The translations under genes and the position numbers were made by a program. A DNA stretch of 64,000 bases from the NCBI RefSeq assembly GCF_030144855.1, contig NC_082707.1, positions 135,470,001 to 135,534,000 of the forward strand, in the 5' to 3' direction. Below the pieces are notes generated by a model. That model was not told where the DNA came from and ran no database searches. It saw only the letters and a program-made list of their open reading frames with translations. The number at the start of each line of letters is the position of its first letter. The first letter of the stretch is position 1. Positions 13,367-24,625 of the stretch are shown here, one piece after another. The stretch comes from Hypanus sabinus (taxonomy: Eukaryota).

Positions 13367-15504
13367 ATTAGGAATGGCATTGCTTATTGTCAGAGTTATT
13401 CACAAAGGTTTATTAAATGAATCTTCAATTGCAAGAAAATTATGTGAATCTTATCAAAATCATATCAGTTTATCTTCACATTGCTGTTTAAGTTAACCCT
13501 ATTTAAATACATGATTAGATGTCATGACCTTTTCCAATTTCCAAGCCTCTCAGTTCAGACAGTCAGAAGAGAAAGAAAGAGAACCAGATGATGATCTTCA
13601 GACATATTGTGCCCCCGCGTGAGCTGCATAAAGACATGTCAGAGAGATTTCAGGACCTCTTCTCGATGCAAATTCCAAATCCATTCCTGAACACTTGAAA
13701 TGAGGAACTAACAGGAAGGATGGAGGAAGAACTGATCTTGCTACAAAATTACTTTGAGTTGAAGCTGAAGTTCAAAAAATCATATCAAAATTATTAATAG
13801 CAGAAAGAAATCTCTAAATGCTGTCCTATACTGTGGAAAAAAGGCAAGATGTTCTTTATTGCTTAACCAACATCATAGTAAATTGTGCATAGTTTCAGTG
13901 CAATTGCCCAAGTTCCTTCAAACAGCAACTAACCAAACAGCAAATTACTGAACTTGGGGTTTGGAGACTCCTTCTGAGTGACGTTCAGTCTGATGATGAG
14001 AAGCTGATATCACTGCACCAAACCCATCCATCTCACTGAAAGATGAAAAAGCAATGAAGTTGGACTACTAATGTATGCTCTAAAATTGTTGATGATTTTT
14101 TTAACTGAAGTTAAATAAAGAAATAATTTTATTTGTATTTTAAATAGATTTTAGAATTTTGGAAAATATTTGCCACTGCATTGAATTAGGAGTTCCTATT
14201 TTCTTTCACTGTGCATTGTAAATCAAAATTCTTTATAGTTCTAATGTAATGGCTGGAAAGGGAGAGGGGGTACAGAGGATGTGATCTAGGAACCAAGGAA
14301 CAATAATCCAAAAATGTTTGGGAACCACTGTTTTAGACAGTTTTATTGGTGAGTTTAGAGTTCTACTGTATTTTCTAAATGGTCATTTAGTTAGTAGTAA
14401 GAACTATAAGCATAATAAAGGAACTATAGGTTAAATAGCCCATGAATCCTACTCACCAATTTTTCCTCAATCTATCAGTTGCCAGATTTAAAAATAACAG
14501 TTGACCTATTATCTGCTACTATTTGCATAAGATTTTTCCTAATGATTACCATTTCCTATGTGTAGATTTTCACATTTCACTCCTCAGAGTTTAGTTTTGA
14601 AACTATACCCTCTAGTTCAAGAGTCAGGATTAACCAGGCAGAATAATTTCCTTTTTCAAAATGAAAACTTTATTCAAATTATTTGTTAAACTTCTATATA
14701 AAAACCAGAGAATACAGTTCTAATCTGCAATATCGCTTTGCAATTCAATCTTTAGTCAACGCATCATTTTGGTAAATCTATTCCCTCCTAAAGGCCAATG
14801 CACCTTTTTACATACAGATCTGCCATCATTTGCCATGCTGAATGGCAGTTGGGGAATTTATTCAGTATTGTGAAAAAAAGTTTGAAAACCTTTTTGGCAG
14901 AAACTCATCCTGATCCATGCTTCCAAGTGGTCAATGTGCACATGCATATCTGGAAAATTAATAAGTCTATCAACATTTTAAAAAGAAAACATTTGTTCTC
15001 ATAATATAACATTCTTGCAGTGCTCAAATATTGTAAATGCCAAAGTGATCAGTGCAATGCAAAGCAGTGAAGCCATTGTGCAGCTTTCTTACTAATTAAT
15101 GTGAAACTGTTAAATATTGAAATATTTTGAATTTTTATTGCGACATATTTTAACAAGTATGTAATTATGTTAACTAAAATATGTAATTATATTATAATCA
15201 TATAATATGTAATTATAAGATTGATACCTCCATGAAATGTTAAGCACCAACTCGCATGTTTATACTGAATTTCATGTCTTTAGGACAGCCAAAATGGAGG
15301 CAGAAATTCATTTTGTACTATCGTAGGAAATGCATTGGCAATGTTCAAAGGACCAGTGAGAAAAATTGCCATTAGTGTTTTTTTTTGTCATTCTACTTGC
15401 AGAATCAATATGAGACATCAGAAGAACTTCCAAAATTTTTGAATTGGCATTTTCTGGATAGATCATGAAACCATATGTTTCACTTCCTTTATGTCGTTTA
15501 CATT

Positions 15505-16136
15505 TTTTAAAATTTCAAATGTGATTCTGGGATGATTAGAGCCCGTGATTTGCAGTTTGGAGAATATTTGGTTGTTTCAGAGCTCTACAGCCTCTGAGTA
15601 GATTCCAGGACCCAGAGGCAGTGTGTGGAAACCTCATGGGTGAGAAGGCTGCAAGCCGATGAGCAACTCCATTTTGCTGATTAAAGCTTCCATTTTTCAC
15701 TGATTAAAATGATGAGGGAGATTCAAATGCCACCTGTCTGCCTTTTTATCGCTGGTGAGATTGCTTTCCTACAGATTTGACAGATCACTTTTTTATCGCT
15801 GGTAAGATCACTCTGCTACAGAGAGGGAGAACGTTGCCCAGGTTTTCTACATTTTGGATGTGGACTTGGACTGTGGATTTTTTTCAGTCTTGTGTGTGTG
15901 TTTTTTTGTATTCTGTGTTTTTCACCCGATCTTTCTCATCTTCTTGTGTGCAGGGGAGAGGGATTTGGAGATCAATGTGCCTGTTCTGTTCTTATTCACT
16001 TTTTTGTGCAAGAAGAAGGGATTTGGAGGTTAACGATCATGCTACCCTTCTTTTCTTTCTTGTTTTGTGGCTATCTGAATTAGAAGGATTTCAGAGTTGC
16101 ATACTTTGATAATAAATGAACTCTGAATCTTTGAAC
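15505..16136 (+). mobile_element. Non-coding, non-autonomous retroelement with Rex1-type 3' tail
   Basis: Ends in TACTTTGATAATAAATGAACTCTGAATCTTTGAAC, like the Rex tails at 12127 and 34300. No RT homology and no pol III boxes seen. Internal ~50-bp tandem duplication at 15740-15820. The 5' boundary is uncertain. Confidence 0.6.
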
Positions 16137-16616
16137 TGTGCTATGTGCTACGTGATCATTTGCTTTCAACTAAGAAGGATCGGTCTTGGCTTCATTTTTC
16201 CATTCCATTGCTGCATTTTCTTGCTGTTCCTCTGAATGTCAGCCCAGATTAGTACTTGCTAATAGCCAGAAATATTTTTGGAAATGCATTCAACTTTCAT
16301 ATAAAATATTACATGCCATCGTTTCAGAAGTCCGGAACAGTGATTTGCAGTAATTCAGAAAAGATGGAGCTATTTTTTCCAATTAATTTTTCAAGATATA
16401 AACATCACTGAAAAAGGCTGGTGTCTGTTGCCCATTCCAAATTAGCCTTAACAAAGTGGTGGCCATCGATCATCATTAACTGCTGCTGCCTGTCTGCATG
16501 TTTACAAATATCAAGTGCGCAGTTCAACAATAGGAGGAAGTTTTATCTCTTGGCCAAATGTGTTGTATCAGATATGTGTTCTCTGCTGAAAAGAAGTTGA
16601 TTCACTTTCCTTCTAG

Positions 16617-16649
16617 GACTGCTAATCTGGATCAGATAATGACAGCTCG
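16617..16649 (+). CDS. Candidate 33-nt internal coding exon of an unidentified host gene (phase 2/2, xTANLDQIMTAR)
   Basis: Acceptor TTCACTTTCCTTCTAG and consensus donor CG|GTAAGT; length is a multiple of 3; only one frame is open; lies in non-repeat sequence. Confidence 0.45.
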
Positions 16650-17256
16650 GTAAGTTGTCATATCAAAACTGTTTAGCAAATTGGGGAGAATTGATGAATC
16701 ACTGGAAGAAAACTGAACTCACCATTAGTGTAAAGGTCAGGGATTTGATAATATTTTTCTCTGTTGGCTGTGTATGGATTGAAACTGTCTGTTTGTACAT
16801 TATGTTTCTCTCTTGAATCATTGTGGAGCCTGATGTTGGGCAATTGATTTCTTGTAACTAACTATGGCAATTTTTCATTTCAGTTTAAATTTAGCTTTGT
16901 TTTTTCGTTTGAAATTATCCTGACATATTTTAATTGCTCAGTGGGTTACTCAATAAATACATTATAAGTTCTTACCAGGAAAAAGCACGTTCAAATGGGC
17001 TGGATCTTATTTCATGTCCTTACATGATATATGAGTTATGAGAAATGAGGGATGTGGGGAATTGTGTTTGAACTTCGGAGATGGCTCAAAATGAGTAATA
17101 TCACAGTGACAACTTTGACTGATCTCCTCCAGTGCCATCAACTGATCTGGTGTGGTAAATAATAGGTGGCTAGTTTGTGGGAGTTCATTTTGAACCACCA
17201 GCCAATGTTTTCATTCTCATTTAATGATTAGGAAAAACTAAAAACTGTCTATTTCA

Positions 17257-18420
17257 GCACACACAGTGCTGCAGGAACTCAACAGGTCAGGCAGCATCTA
17301 TGGAAATGAATAAACAGTTGACGTTTTGGGCTGAAACCCTTCTTCAAGACTGAGAAGGCAGGGGGAAGATGCCAGAATAAAAAGGGTGGGAGGGAGGGGA
17401 AGAAGACTATCTGGAAGGTGATAGGCAAAGCCAGGTGGGTGGGAAAGGTAAAGGGCTGGAGAAAAAGGAATCAGATAGGAAAAGAGAGTGGACCATAGGA
17501 GAAATGGAAAAAGGAGGAGACCCAAAGGGAAGTAATAAGCAGGTGAGAAGAGATAAAAGGTCAGAATGGGGAATAGAGGAAGAAGGGAGGGGGAATCTTT
17601 TTACTGGAAGGAGAAATTGATATTCATGCAGTCAGGTTGAAGGCTACATAGATGGAATATAAGGTGTTGCTTCTCCACCCTGAGAGTAACCTCAGCTCGG
17701 CACAAGAGGAGGCCATGGACCAAATGGGAATGTAAATCAGAATTAAATTGTTTGGCCACTAGGAAGTTCCACTTGTGGCAGATATTGCGGAGGAGTTCGA
17801 TAAAGCAATAGATCTCACCAACGTAGAGGAGGCCACATCGAGAGCATCGGTCACTCTAGATTACCTCAGCAGATTCACAGGTAAAGTGTTGAAAGGACTA
17901 TCTGGGGCACTGAATGGAGGTGAGGGAGAGGGTGTGTGGGCTGGTGTAGAGGTAAGTGCTGGGAGGGAGATTAATGGGGAGGGATGAATGGCCAAAGGTG
18001 TTGCAGAGGGAGCAATCACTGCCGAAAGTGTGTGGAGGGCTTACTAGCATGATCCCTTTGGAAATGGCAGAAGTTGTGGGGGTTGATGTGTTGAATGCAG
18101 AGGCTGATGGGACAGTAGGTAAGGACACGAGGAACTCTGTCAGGATGACGGGAAGATGGGGTGAGCGTGGATGTTCAGGAAATGAAGAAGATGCAGATGA
18201 GGGCAGCATCAATGCTGGAGGGAGGGAGCCCTGTTTTTTGAAGAAGTAGGACATCCCTGATGTCCTGGAATGGAAAACCACATCCTAGGAACAATGCAGT
18301 GAAGGCGAAGGAACTGGAAAACAGATATAGCAGGAATAGCATTCTTACGGAAATAGGGTGGGAAGAGATATAGTCGAGATAGGTTTATAAAAATGCCAGT
18401 TGGCAGTTTGTCCATTGATG
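17257..18420 (-). mobile_element. Penelope-like retroelement, long degenerate 3' portion
   Basis: ..RKNAIP..FQFLRLHCI resembles the PLE RT C-terminal KNAIPFSQFLRLRRICS motif. CT-rich 3' region and terminal repeat with a decayed hammerhead at ~17314-17352. Confidence 0.8.
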
Positions 18421-19219
18421 GCCTTTGTCTTTCATTACTGACCAGCAGAATCAAACTTCTGAAGTAATTTTATCACCAACCAGTATTCTTCTGCCTGACA
18501 GAGATCTTTATGTTATCCACTCTTACACACAATGCTGGCACAACACCACAATAATTAACAGTTAAATGTACCAATGGATTTAATATGTCCCCTCTTTTAT
18601 CATCTGTTATACTCCAAATCTATTTCAAGTGTATTGTGCAAATCAGAGGAAGTGTGATGCTAAGGAAGAATGAAGAAGTTAGAAAATTTGTTTGATTTTG
18701 CTCTCTTTTTAGGATTCCTATCCATTCACTTAAGCTGGGAGTCTTTATATTCAATAATTAACCATTAGTATTTCTTTCCCAACTTAGATCAGAAAACAAT
18801 TACTTTACATTGGTGTAGTAGATGCAGCATTCAAACACCTTTAAACATAAGAATAAATCCTAAGCAAAGGTGTTACTCGTAAAATTAGTCGCTATCAATG
18901 AAATTCTGTGATATTTGCAGAGTACAGTGCTCTTATATATTTTACCAAAGGTTTCTAATCTTATATTAAATCAGAACAGAAATGTCATGCAATTATGCTA
19001 AGCATGCCTGTTTATAGCTCTGAACCTTTTTTTAAAAAAGTAGTGTTATAGGACCTATGGTATATCGTATCTTTCACATCCACAGAACATTTCAAAATGG
19101 TGGCCAGCCCAATAAATAGTCTTTAAATTACGTTATACATATTTTTAATTAGAAGAACAGGAATGTCTACTTGCAATCTGCATGGGCCTGCATTTTGGAA
19201 AAGAAACTTATGGTGTAGA

Positions 19220-19420
19220 TGGAGAATGAATATTGGTCAACATGACAGCATTCTCCTGTTTGAACGGTGTCATGGGATCTTGCACTTTTAACTACTCAGC
19301 GATCTTGGATTTACGACTGCATTTGAAATAAAACATATCACTCATGGCAGCACCCTCTCAATATTTCAATCAATACTAGACTCCTTAAAGACTTTCAGTG
19401 TGGTTGATAAGAGTCATGCT
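19220..19420 (-). mobile_element. Ancient DeuSINE-like (SacSINE1/AmnSINE-type) remnant
   Basis: Degenerate match to the remembered Deu-domain pattern (AATATTGG..GTGTCATGGGATCTT..GCAGCACCCTCTCA). Confidence 0.4.
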
Positions 19421-19659
19421 TATTGCTACTGTTGTATTTTTTTTTGTAATTTTTTTTATTGAAGTTCATCATCAAACAAACATTTCCATAAGACGTATTT
19501 CAGACATTGTACATATATATGATATAATCATATATATCACAAATCTCCACAAAGTATTTATCTGAGGTACACACTTATAGAAGAGAGTGGAAAGAAAAAA
19601 CAAGCAAAAGGAAAGAACTATGTACAAGTAGGGAGTGATCTTATTTTTTAACAACAGTT

Positions 19660-19827
19660 TCATTGATTTGTGAGTATAAAATCAGGCCTATGAGGCATTG
19701 TGTAGTTAAACCATTTTTCCCAGTATGAATCAAATTGTTCCAAATTGGATAAAATTCTCTTACATTTGATTGGATTTACTAGCCCATTTACATTAAAAGA
19801 AATGAATTTTACCTTGTCCTTAGCCAT
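19660..19827 (-). pseudogene. 55-aa fused remnant of L1 ORF2 (endonuclease N-terminus joined in frame to the C-terminus)
   Basis: MAKDKVKFISFNVNGLVNPIKCKRILSNLEQFDSYWEKWFNYTMPHRPDFILTNQ*. SFNVNGL is the APE endonuclease start; FxxxWxxW resembles L1 ORF2 C-termini. Confidence 0.8.
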
Positions 19828-20111
19828 CTGTATTTATCTGTCAATGTATCATTGAAATTAAAGTAAAACTTAATCGATCTACTCCCTGAACAAATAAGAA
19901 CCAAGAAACGCAAATAATAACAAAAATGGTAATGAACGTGTGATTCCAAGGCTGAGGTCTCTAGTAGATGACCCTGCATTGAGCTAGAGGAAATGTCTAG
20001 CTGTGGGGGATAACACCTCCTACTTGTGAGTTGAGGGCCCCCCATTGCAGTATTCATAAAAGTCAGTGAACAAATCCATTACACAGAAAAGATTTCCTTG
20101 CATACTCCTCC

Positions 20112-20146
20112 TATATATATATATATACATACACACACACATACAT

Positions 20147-20177
<31 letters not shown>
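20112..20177. repeat. (TA)n/(CA)n compound microsatellite in the L1 inter-ORF region
   Basis: Visible directly. Confidence 0.95.
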
Positions 20178-20284
20178 TCTCATTTTGGTGGGGAAAAAGG
20201 AGTAAGTGAGTGAATAAAGAATAAGAACCAAGTAATATAAAATCCACATTATAATAAGTATTTCTCAAGATAGGTGTATCAACG

Positions 20285-20871
20285 TGTACCCTGCCTTGGT
20301 GAGACCACACCTGGAATATTGTGTACAGTTTTGGTCTCCAGGTTTAAGGAAGGACATTCTGGCAATTGAGGAAGTGCAGCGTAGATTCACTAGGTTGATT
20401 CCTGGGATGGCAGGGCTGTCTTACGCAGAGAGATTGGAGAGATTGGGCTTGTACACACTGGAATTGAGGAGATTGAGAGGGGATCTGATTGAAACGTTTA
20501 AGATAATTAAAGGATTTGATAGGATTGAGGCAGGAAATATGTTCCAGATGTTGGGAGAGTCCAGTACCAGAGGGCATGGATTGAGAATAAGAGGTCAGTT
20601 ATTTAAAATAGAGTTGAGGAAAATCTTCTTCTCCCAGAGAGTTGTGGAGGTGTGGAATACACTGCCTCGGAAGATGGTGGAGGCCAATTCTCTGGATGCT
20701 TTCAAGAAGGAGCTAGATAGATATCTGATGGATAGGGGAATCAAGGGATATGGGGACAAGGCAGGGACTGGGTATTGATAGTGAATGATCAGCCATGATC
20801 TCAGAATGGCGGTGCAGACTCGAGGGGCCGAATGGTCTACTTCTGCACCTATTGTCTATTGTCTATTGTAC
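20285..20871 (+). mobile_element. Young 5'-truncated CR1 LINE inserted in the L1
   Basis: Uninterrupted 164-aa ORF2 C-terminus (LVRPHLEYCVQFWSP..RRLRGDLIE..FFSQRVV..WN); (TATTGTC)n tail; TGTAC at both ends (TSD or microhomology). Confidence 0.95.
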
Positions 20872-20950
20872 TTTTGCTTCTGTTTAACTTCTCAACATTT
20901 TTAAAGTTAGCCAAACCTTATGGCTCTTCTGAAGGGGGTGAGGACTGTCT

Positions 20951-21931
20951 TTAGGAAACTCCTGGTCTCTTCTTGACATTTTTCTCTCGGCCTCCTCCTG
21001 TCTCCTGCCTTCTCGATTCTCGCACTATTTCCCGAGCGGAGTGGGATAATTCCTCAGTCAGGCTTTCCTTCATTTTGGTCACGCTGACGGGCAACTTTCT
21101 GGACTTCATGTCTGTAGTTGCCTCTTCCACTGTCTGGTACAACCATGTCCCGTTGTCATAAAACACTCGAAGTTTAGCAGGGTACGGAGTTTGAAATTTA
21201 ATCTTTTTTTGCTTTAGTACTTGCTTTACTTCAGAGTATTCTTTGTGTTTCTGCAGGACCGCGGGGTGGGGGGGGTAATCTTGGTCGAAATATATTAATT
21301 TATCGTCTAAAAACACTCTCTTCTTACCCCAGGCCCTTTGTAGAATCTCCACCTTGGTGCTGTACTGAATGAATTTAATTATTATTGAGTGTGGCTTTCT
21401 ATCCTGGGTAGGTTTTGGGACTAACGCGCAGTGGGCTCTTTCGACTTCCAGCTTCGTAGCTGAGGGAATATTCAGCATGTCCCGCAGTAACTTTCTGACA
21501 AACTCCGTCATAGATGAGGCCTCCGCTCCTTTGGGAACGTTGTAGATTCTGATATTTTTCCGCTGTGATCTTCCCTCCAGGTCAAGAAGTTTACTTTCTT
21601 GGTGATGTAATATTTTTATTGTCTTACTCAGCATCTGTTCCATGTTTTGAACACTATCTTTGAATGAGATCTTCCACCTTCTCAAGTCTATGCCACCGCT
21701 AGTTTTTGATTGACGCTGGTGAGCTCTGACTTAATATCACGAAGCTGCGGCTTTATTTCTTTCTGGACCTCCATTATTTCTTTCAGGATTTCGGATATTT
21801 GCTGCTTCGCCTGAGCGAGGCCCAGCAGCCACCTCGCTAGCACGCGGTCGGGTTGGAGAGCCGCTCGCTGCACTTCTCGCAGCCACAGGCTCCGCAGTGT
21901 CGCCTTTTTTATTTCCATTCTTTTTCCCCAT
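20951..21931 (-). pseudogene. L1 ORF1p (coiled coil, RRM, CTD; Transposase_22-like), disrupted
   Basis: MGKKNGNKK.. start, coiled-coil segment, then LEGRSQRKNIRIYNVP, ERAH, IYFDQDY, YPAKLRV; split over three ORFs. Confidence 0.9.
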
Positions 21932-22699
21932 TCTTGCCCCTCTTTTCAGTTCAAATATTTTTCAAAAAATATTATATTTGATGGGATAACGGGTCTTAAT
22001 ATGCATTTTTCCGGAGGAGCTAGTGACTTAAGCTGCCATTCTTGACGGTGACATCACTGGAACCTACTCTTGTATTTATTTAATGGCAAAGAATCGTGAC
22101 CACACTCTCTCGGGATGATCAGGGCCTATACTATGATATGGGAAATAGTTCTCTGAAATCTGAGTGGAGGTGGGTGAGGAGGACCTCTGGCTGACTGGAG
22201 CAGCCTCCTTCTCCCAGATGGGAACTTCCTTTCTGCCAAATTTTAGAACTCCAACCAGATGACTATTTTCTTTGGACATCTTGTTGCTTTTCAATTGGCA
22301 CATGGCATATTCTTATCAGACAAAGACAGAGACAGGATTTGACTAGCCATTTTGCTGTGAGATGGAGTCAAGGCACTTATGTCAAAGTCAGAGCCATAGC
22401 ATTTGCTGGAAGGAATATCCTCGAGGGCCTCAAAGGACCCTATCAGGAGGCACAAAGGACCTGTCTGCCATTTATAAGTTTCCCTTCTTCTCATCTCTTT
22501 GTGGAGTAGGGCCCTTTCTGAATCCACAAGTGTTCCTGGACTTGTACGCTTTCTATCTATCATGTGCCCTCCACTAGAAATCAAGATGGACAGCGGAGAA
22601 TTATACCCATATTTGGTTGCCCGCAGAAACCTGGCCCTGTCTAACATTTGCTTCAAGCTGTGATCTTAACCAATGGGTTCCCGATGGATCAAGTTTCAG

Positions 22700-22855
22700 G
22701 AGCACAAGTAATCTGCTGGAGGAAGCTCTCTGATGCATGGTTTCAACCTGAAATGTTGACAAATACTTTCACCCCCACAGATGCTGCTTGAATCACTAGT
22801 TCCACTAGCACATTGCTTGAGGTTCTGTATCCCAGCGTCTGCAGTCCCTTGTGGA
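22700..22855. mobile_element. PLE terminal fragments in inverted arrangement
   Basis: TGCTGGAGGAAGCTC followed by CTGATGC..GAAATGTTGAC..CAGATGCTGC..CCAGCGTCTGCAGTC. Confidence 0.55.
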
Positions 22856-22859
22856 TCCA

Positions 22860-23140
22860 ATCTCAGTGCAGACTGTCATCCAGCAAGCCTGTGTCATCAC
22901 CCCCCCCCCCAACCACCATATTTTCTTTAATCGGTCTCACCCCAGTGTTGTGCAGACCCTCCAGCTTCTCACTGGAATCGAACTAATCCGGCTCAACCTT
23001 CAACATCTCTTCTCCAGAACATAGGGTACTCTAATCACAGTGGTCAAACTGCAGTACGCAGATGGCTTAAGCATACAGGCATTATGAGAACAACCTCAGT
23101 TGTCATCAACTTGATGTCTGAAGAATGCATCCAACATTCA
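22860..23140 (+). mobile_element. RTE-clade LINE RT fragment, old
   Basis: CTCAACCTTCAACATCTC..GTGGTCAAACTGCAGTACGCAGATG encodes a VVKLQYAD-type RT motif in RTE-like context. Confidence 0.5.
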
Positions 23141-23179
23141 CAACTGGAAAGTGCACAGCTCTACAGTCCTCATCACTGT

Positions 23180-23455
23180 ACAACTCTATGTTCATTATCA
23201 TATGCACAAAAACTTGCAGTGGTATCACAGGCACTTAGCACCAGAGACAAAATATTCACAAGAAAAACATGAACTAAACATATATTACACATTTTTTACA
23301 AGAAAGAACACAATTAGACTAAAAGAAACAAAGTCTATTTTAGTATAAAGTGGTCAGAGTCGTCATACTGTTGCTAAGTGTTGCGACTAGACTTTTGCTG
23401 GTTGATCCAGGAACTGAATAGTTGAAGGAAAGCAGCTGTTCTTGAACCTGGTGTT
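23180..23455 (-). mobile_element. Rex1/Babar-type 3' end
   Basis: AGCAGCTGTTCTTGAACCTGGTG (antisense TRFKNSCF motif) plus 3' UTR. Confidence 0.6.
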
Positions 23456-23460
23456 ATGAT

Positions 23461-23690
23461 TGATCTGAAACATTAACACAGTATCTATAGAAGACACAGC
23501 CTGATGAAGGGTCTTGGCCTGAATCGTCGACTCTTTACTCTTCCATAGATGCTGCCTGGCCTGTTGAGTTCCTCCAGCATTTTGTGTTAGTTGCTTTGGA
23601 TTTCCAGCATCTGCAAATTTTCTCTATCTGTGACAGTCTCTATAGATGGTGACTGGCCTGCTGGGTATTTTCAGCATTTCCTGTTTTCAG
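23461..23690 (+). mobile_element. Nested PLE terminal fragments with hammerhead motif
   Basis: CTGATGAAGGGTCTTGGCCTGAATCGTCGACT at 23501-23532, then TAGATGCTGCCTGGCC..; an older copy flanks it on both sides. Confidence 0.8.
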
Positions 23691-24264
23691 TTTAAACTTC
23701 TTGCATAGACTGTTCATTCTTTGCTTTTTGATTAAAACTAACGCAAAAGGGGTTACAACAAATACGGTCTGACAGATTGTGTCGATAGAGTTAAATGTTT
23801 CCTCCAAGTCAACTTCATCAGCAGAAGTACCTAGATTCTGTTCTTTTAATGGTTTATAACAATTAATCAGTCTAAAATTAATCAGTTTTTCACATAAGTA
23901 TATTGCCAAACTCTTGAGTCATATGTTTGGCATAAAACTGTAAACAACTGCATTTTTTGAATGATGCAGTATTCATATGTCATTGACACTAAATACAACG
24001 AAATATTTCCTCCTGTGACAATTGCAGGAAAACAAGCTGATTAATTATTGTTTTGTTTCAGTTGTACCAAAGCTAATAATCCATATCACCTGCTGCCTGG
24101 TCAGCACACTGAATACAGCGTGCAAAGACCGATTGGATGTGGGTGTTGGTGAAACATTGAGCTTCATGTCAAAAATAATTTTATTTTGGAATGTCACCTC
24201 CAGGTTTTCAAGCAACTTTCCCTACCCAAAAATAAAAGTCTTAATCATAAGGAATTTGTAAAGT

Positions 24265-24625
24265 ATCACATACGAACTGCTGGAGCAACACAGAACATCA
24301 AGCGGCATCTATGGAGACAGATAACCAGTCGACATTTCGGACAGAGACCCTTCATCAGGACTGGAAAGGAAGGGGAAGAAGCTGAGCTGGGGGGAGGGGA
24401 AGGAAGTTTACAGATGATAGGTAACGGGGAGGTGACTTGGGAGTAATATTCCAATGGTAAAATTATTTTGGCATTAAGTTTATCTACCCTCTGGTGTTCC
24501 TCCAACATCCACATCCAATCAGTCTCTGCACGCTGCTATTGAGCATGCAGATGCGGAATTCCTCCAGCATTGTGCGTGCATTGCTCTGAATTTCCAGCAT
24601 CTGCAAAATCTCTTGTACTTGTGAT
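24265..24625. mobile_element. PLE fragments, head-to-head (minus 24265-24430, plus ~24490-24625)
   Basis: Same terminal motifs as 17257-18420, present in both orientations. Confidence 0.75.
24325..24364 (-). ncRNA. Minimal type-I hammerhead ribozyme motif (PLE-associated)
   Basis: CCAGUC-CUGAUGA-A-GGG(UCUCUG)UCC-GAAA-UGUC/GACUGG: 6-bp stem I, both catalytic boxes, 3-bp stem II, GUC cleavage triplet. Confidence 0.75.

Larger units (their letters stand above)
11402..14039 (+). pseudogene. Disrupted Buster/Charlie transposase (ZBED5/SCAND3/FAM200-like), interrupted by two insertions
   Basis: BED-finger-like PMCLWCENVFPN..SRLFEHLKRIQPDK; KSGKSHTTGEELVLPA; ALQLDEST catalytic motif; C-terminal HQTHPSH*. 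Many stops and frameshifts. Confidence 0.85.
10703..14330 (+). mobile_element. Full-length decayed hAT DNA transposon (Charlie/Buster type)
   Basis: TIRs CAGTGGTTCCAAAA (10703) and TTTGGGAACCACTG (14317-14330), 13/14 match. 8-bp flanks TTTCAGAT and TTTTAGAC (6/8), consistent with an aged Charlie-type TSD. Internal transposase remnants. Confidence 0.9.
19440..22063 (-). mobile_element. L1-clade element, 5'-complete, ORF2 almost entirely deleted (HAL1-like)
   Basis: TSD CTACTGTTGTATTT (19426-19439) / CTACTCTTGTATTT (22064-22077), 13/14 match; AATAAA plus A-rich tail at 19440-19461; ORF1 and a mini-ORF2. Confidence 0.9.

Noticed and set aside
11402-14039. Domesticated ZBED/SCAND3-type host gene
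   Set aside because: Many stops and frameshifts, two nested insertions and retained TIRs/TSD indicate a dead transposon.
15284-15326. AG|GACAGCCAAAATGGAG (TAKME), resembling the start of the 16617 exon (TANLD), as a mutually exclusive paralogous exon
   Set aside because: No donor at the matching position, the frame ends in a stop, and the similarity is too short to exceed chance.
22085-22690. 121-aa minus ORF in a GC-richer segment (similar unassigned segments at ~29600-30150 and ~30530-31300)
   Set aside because: No recognisable motif or splice structure; probably very old repeats that I cannot classify.
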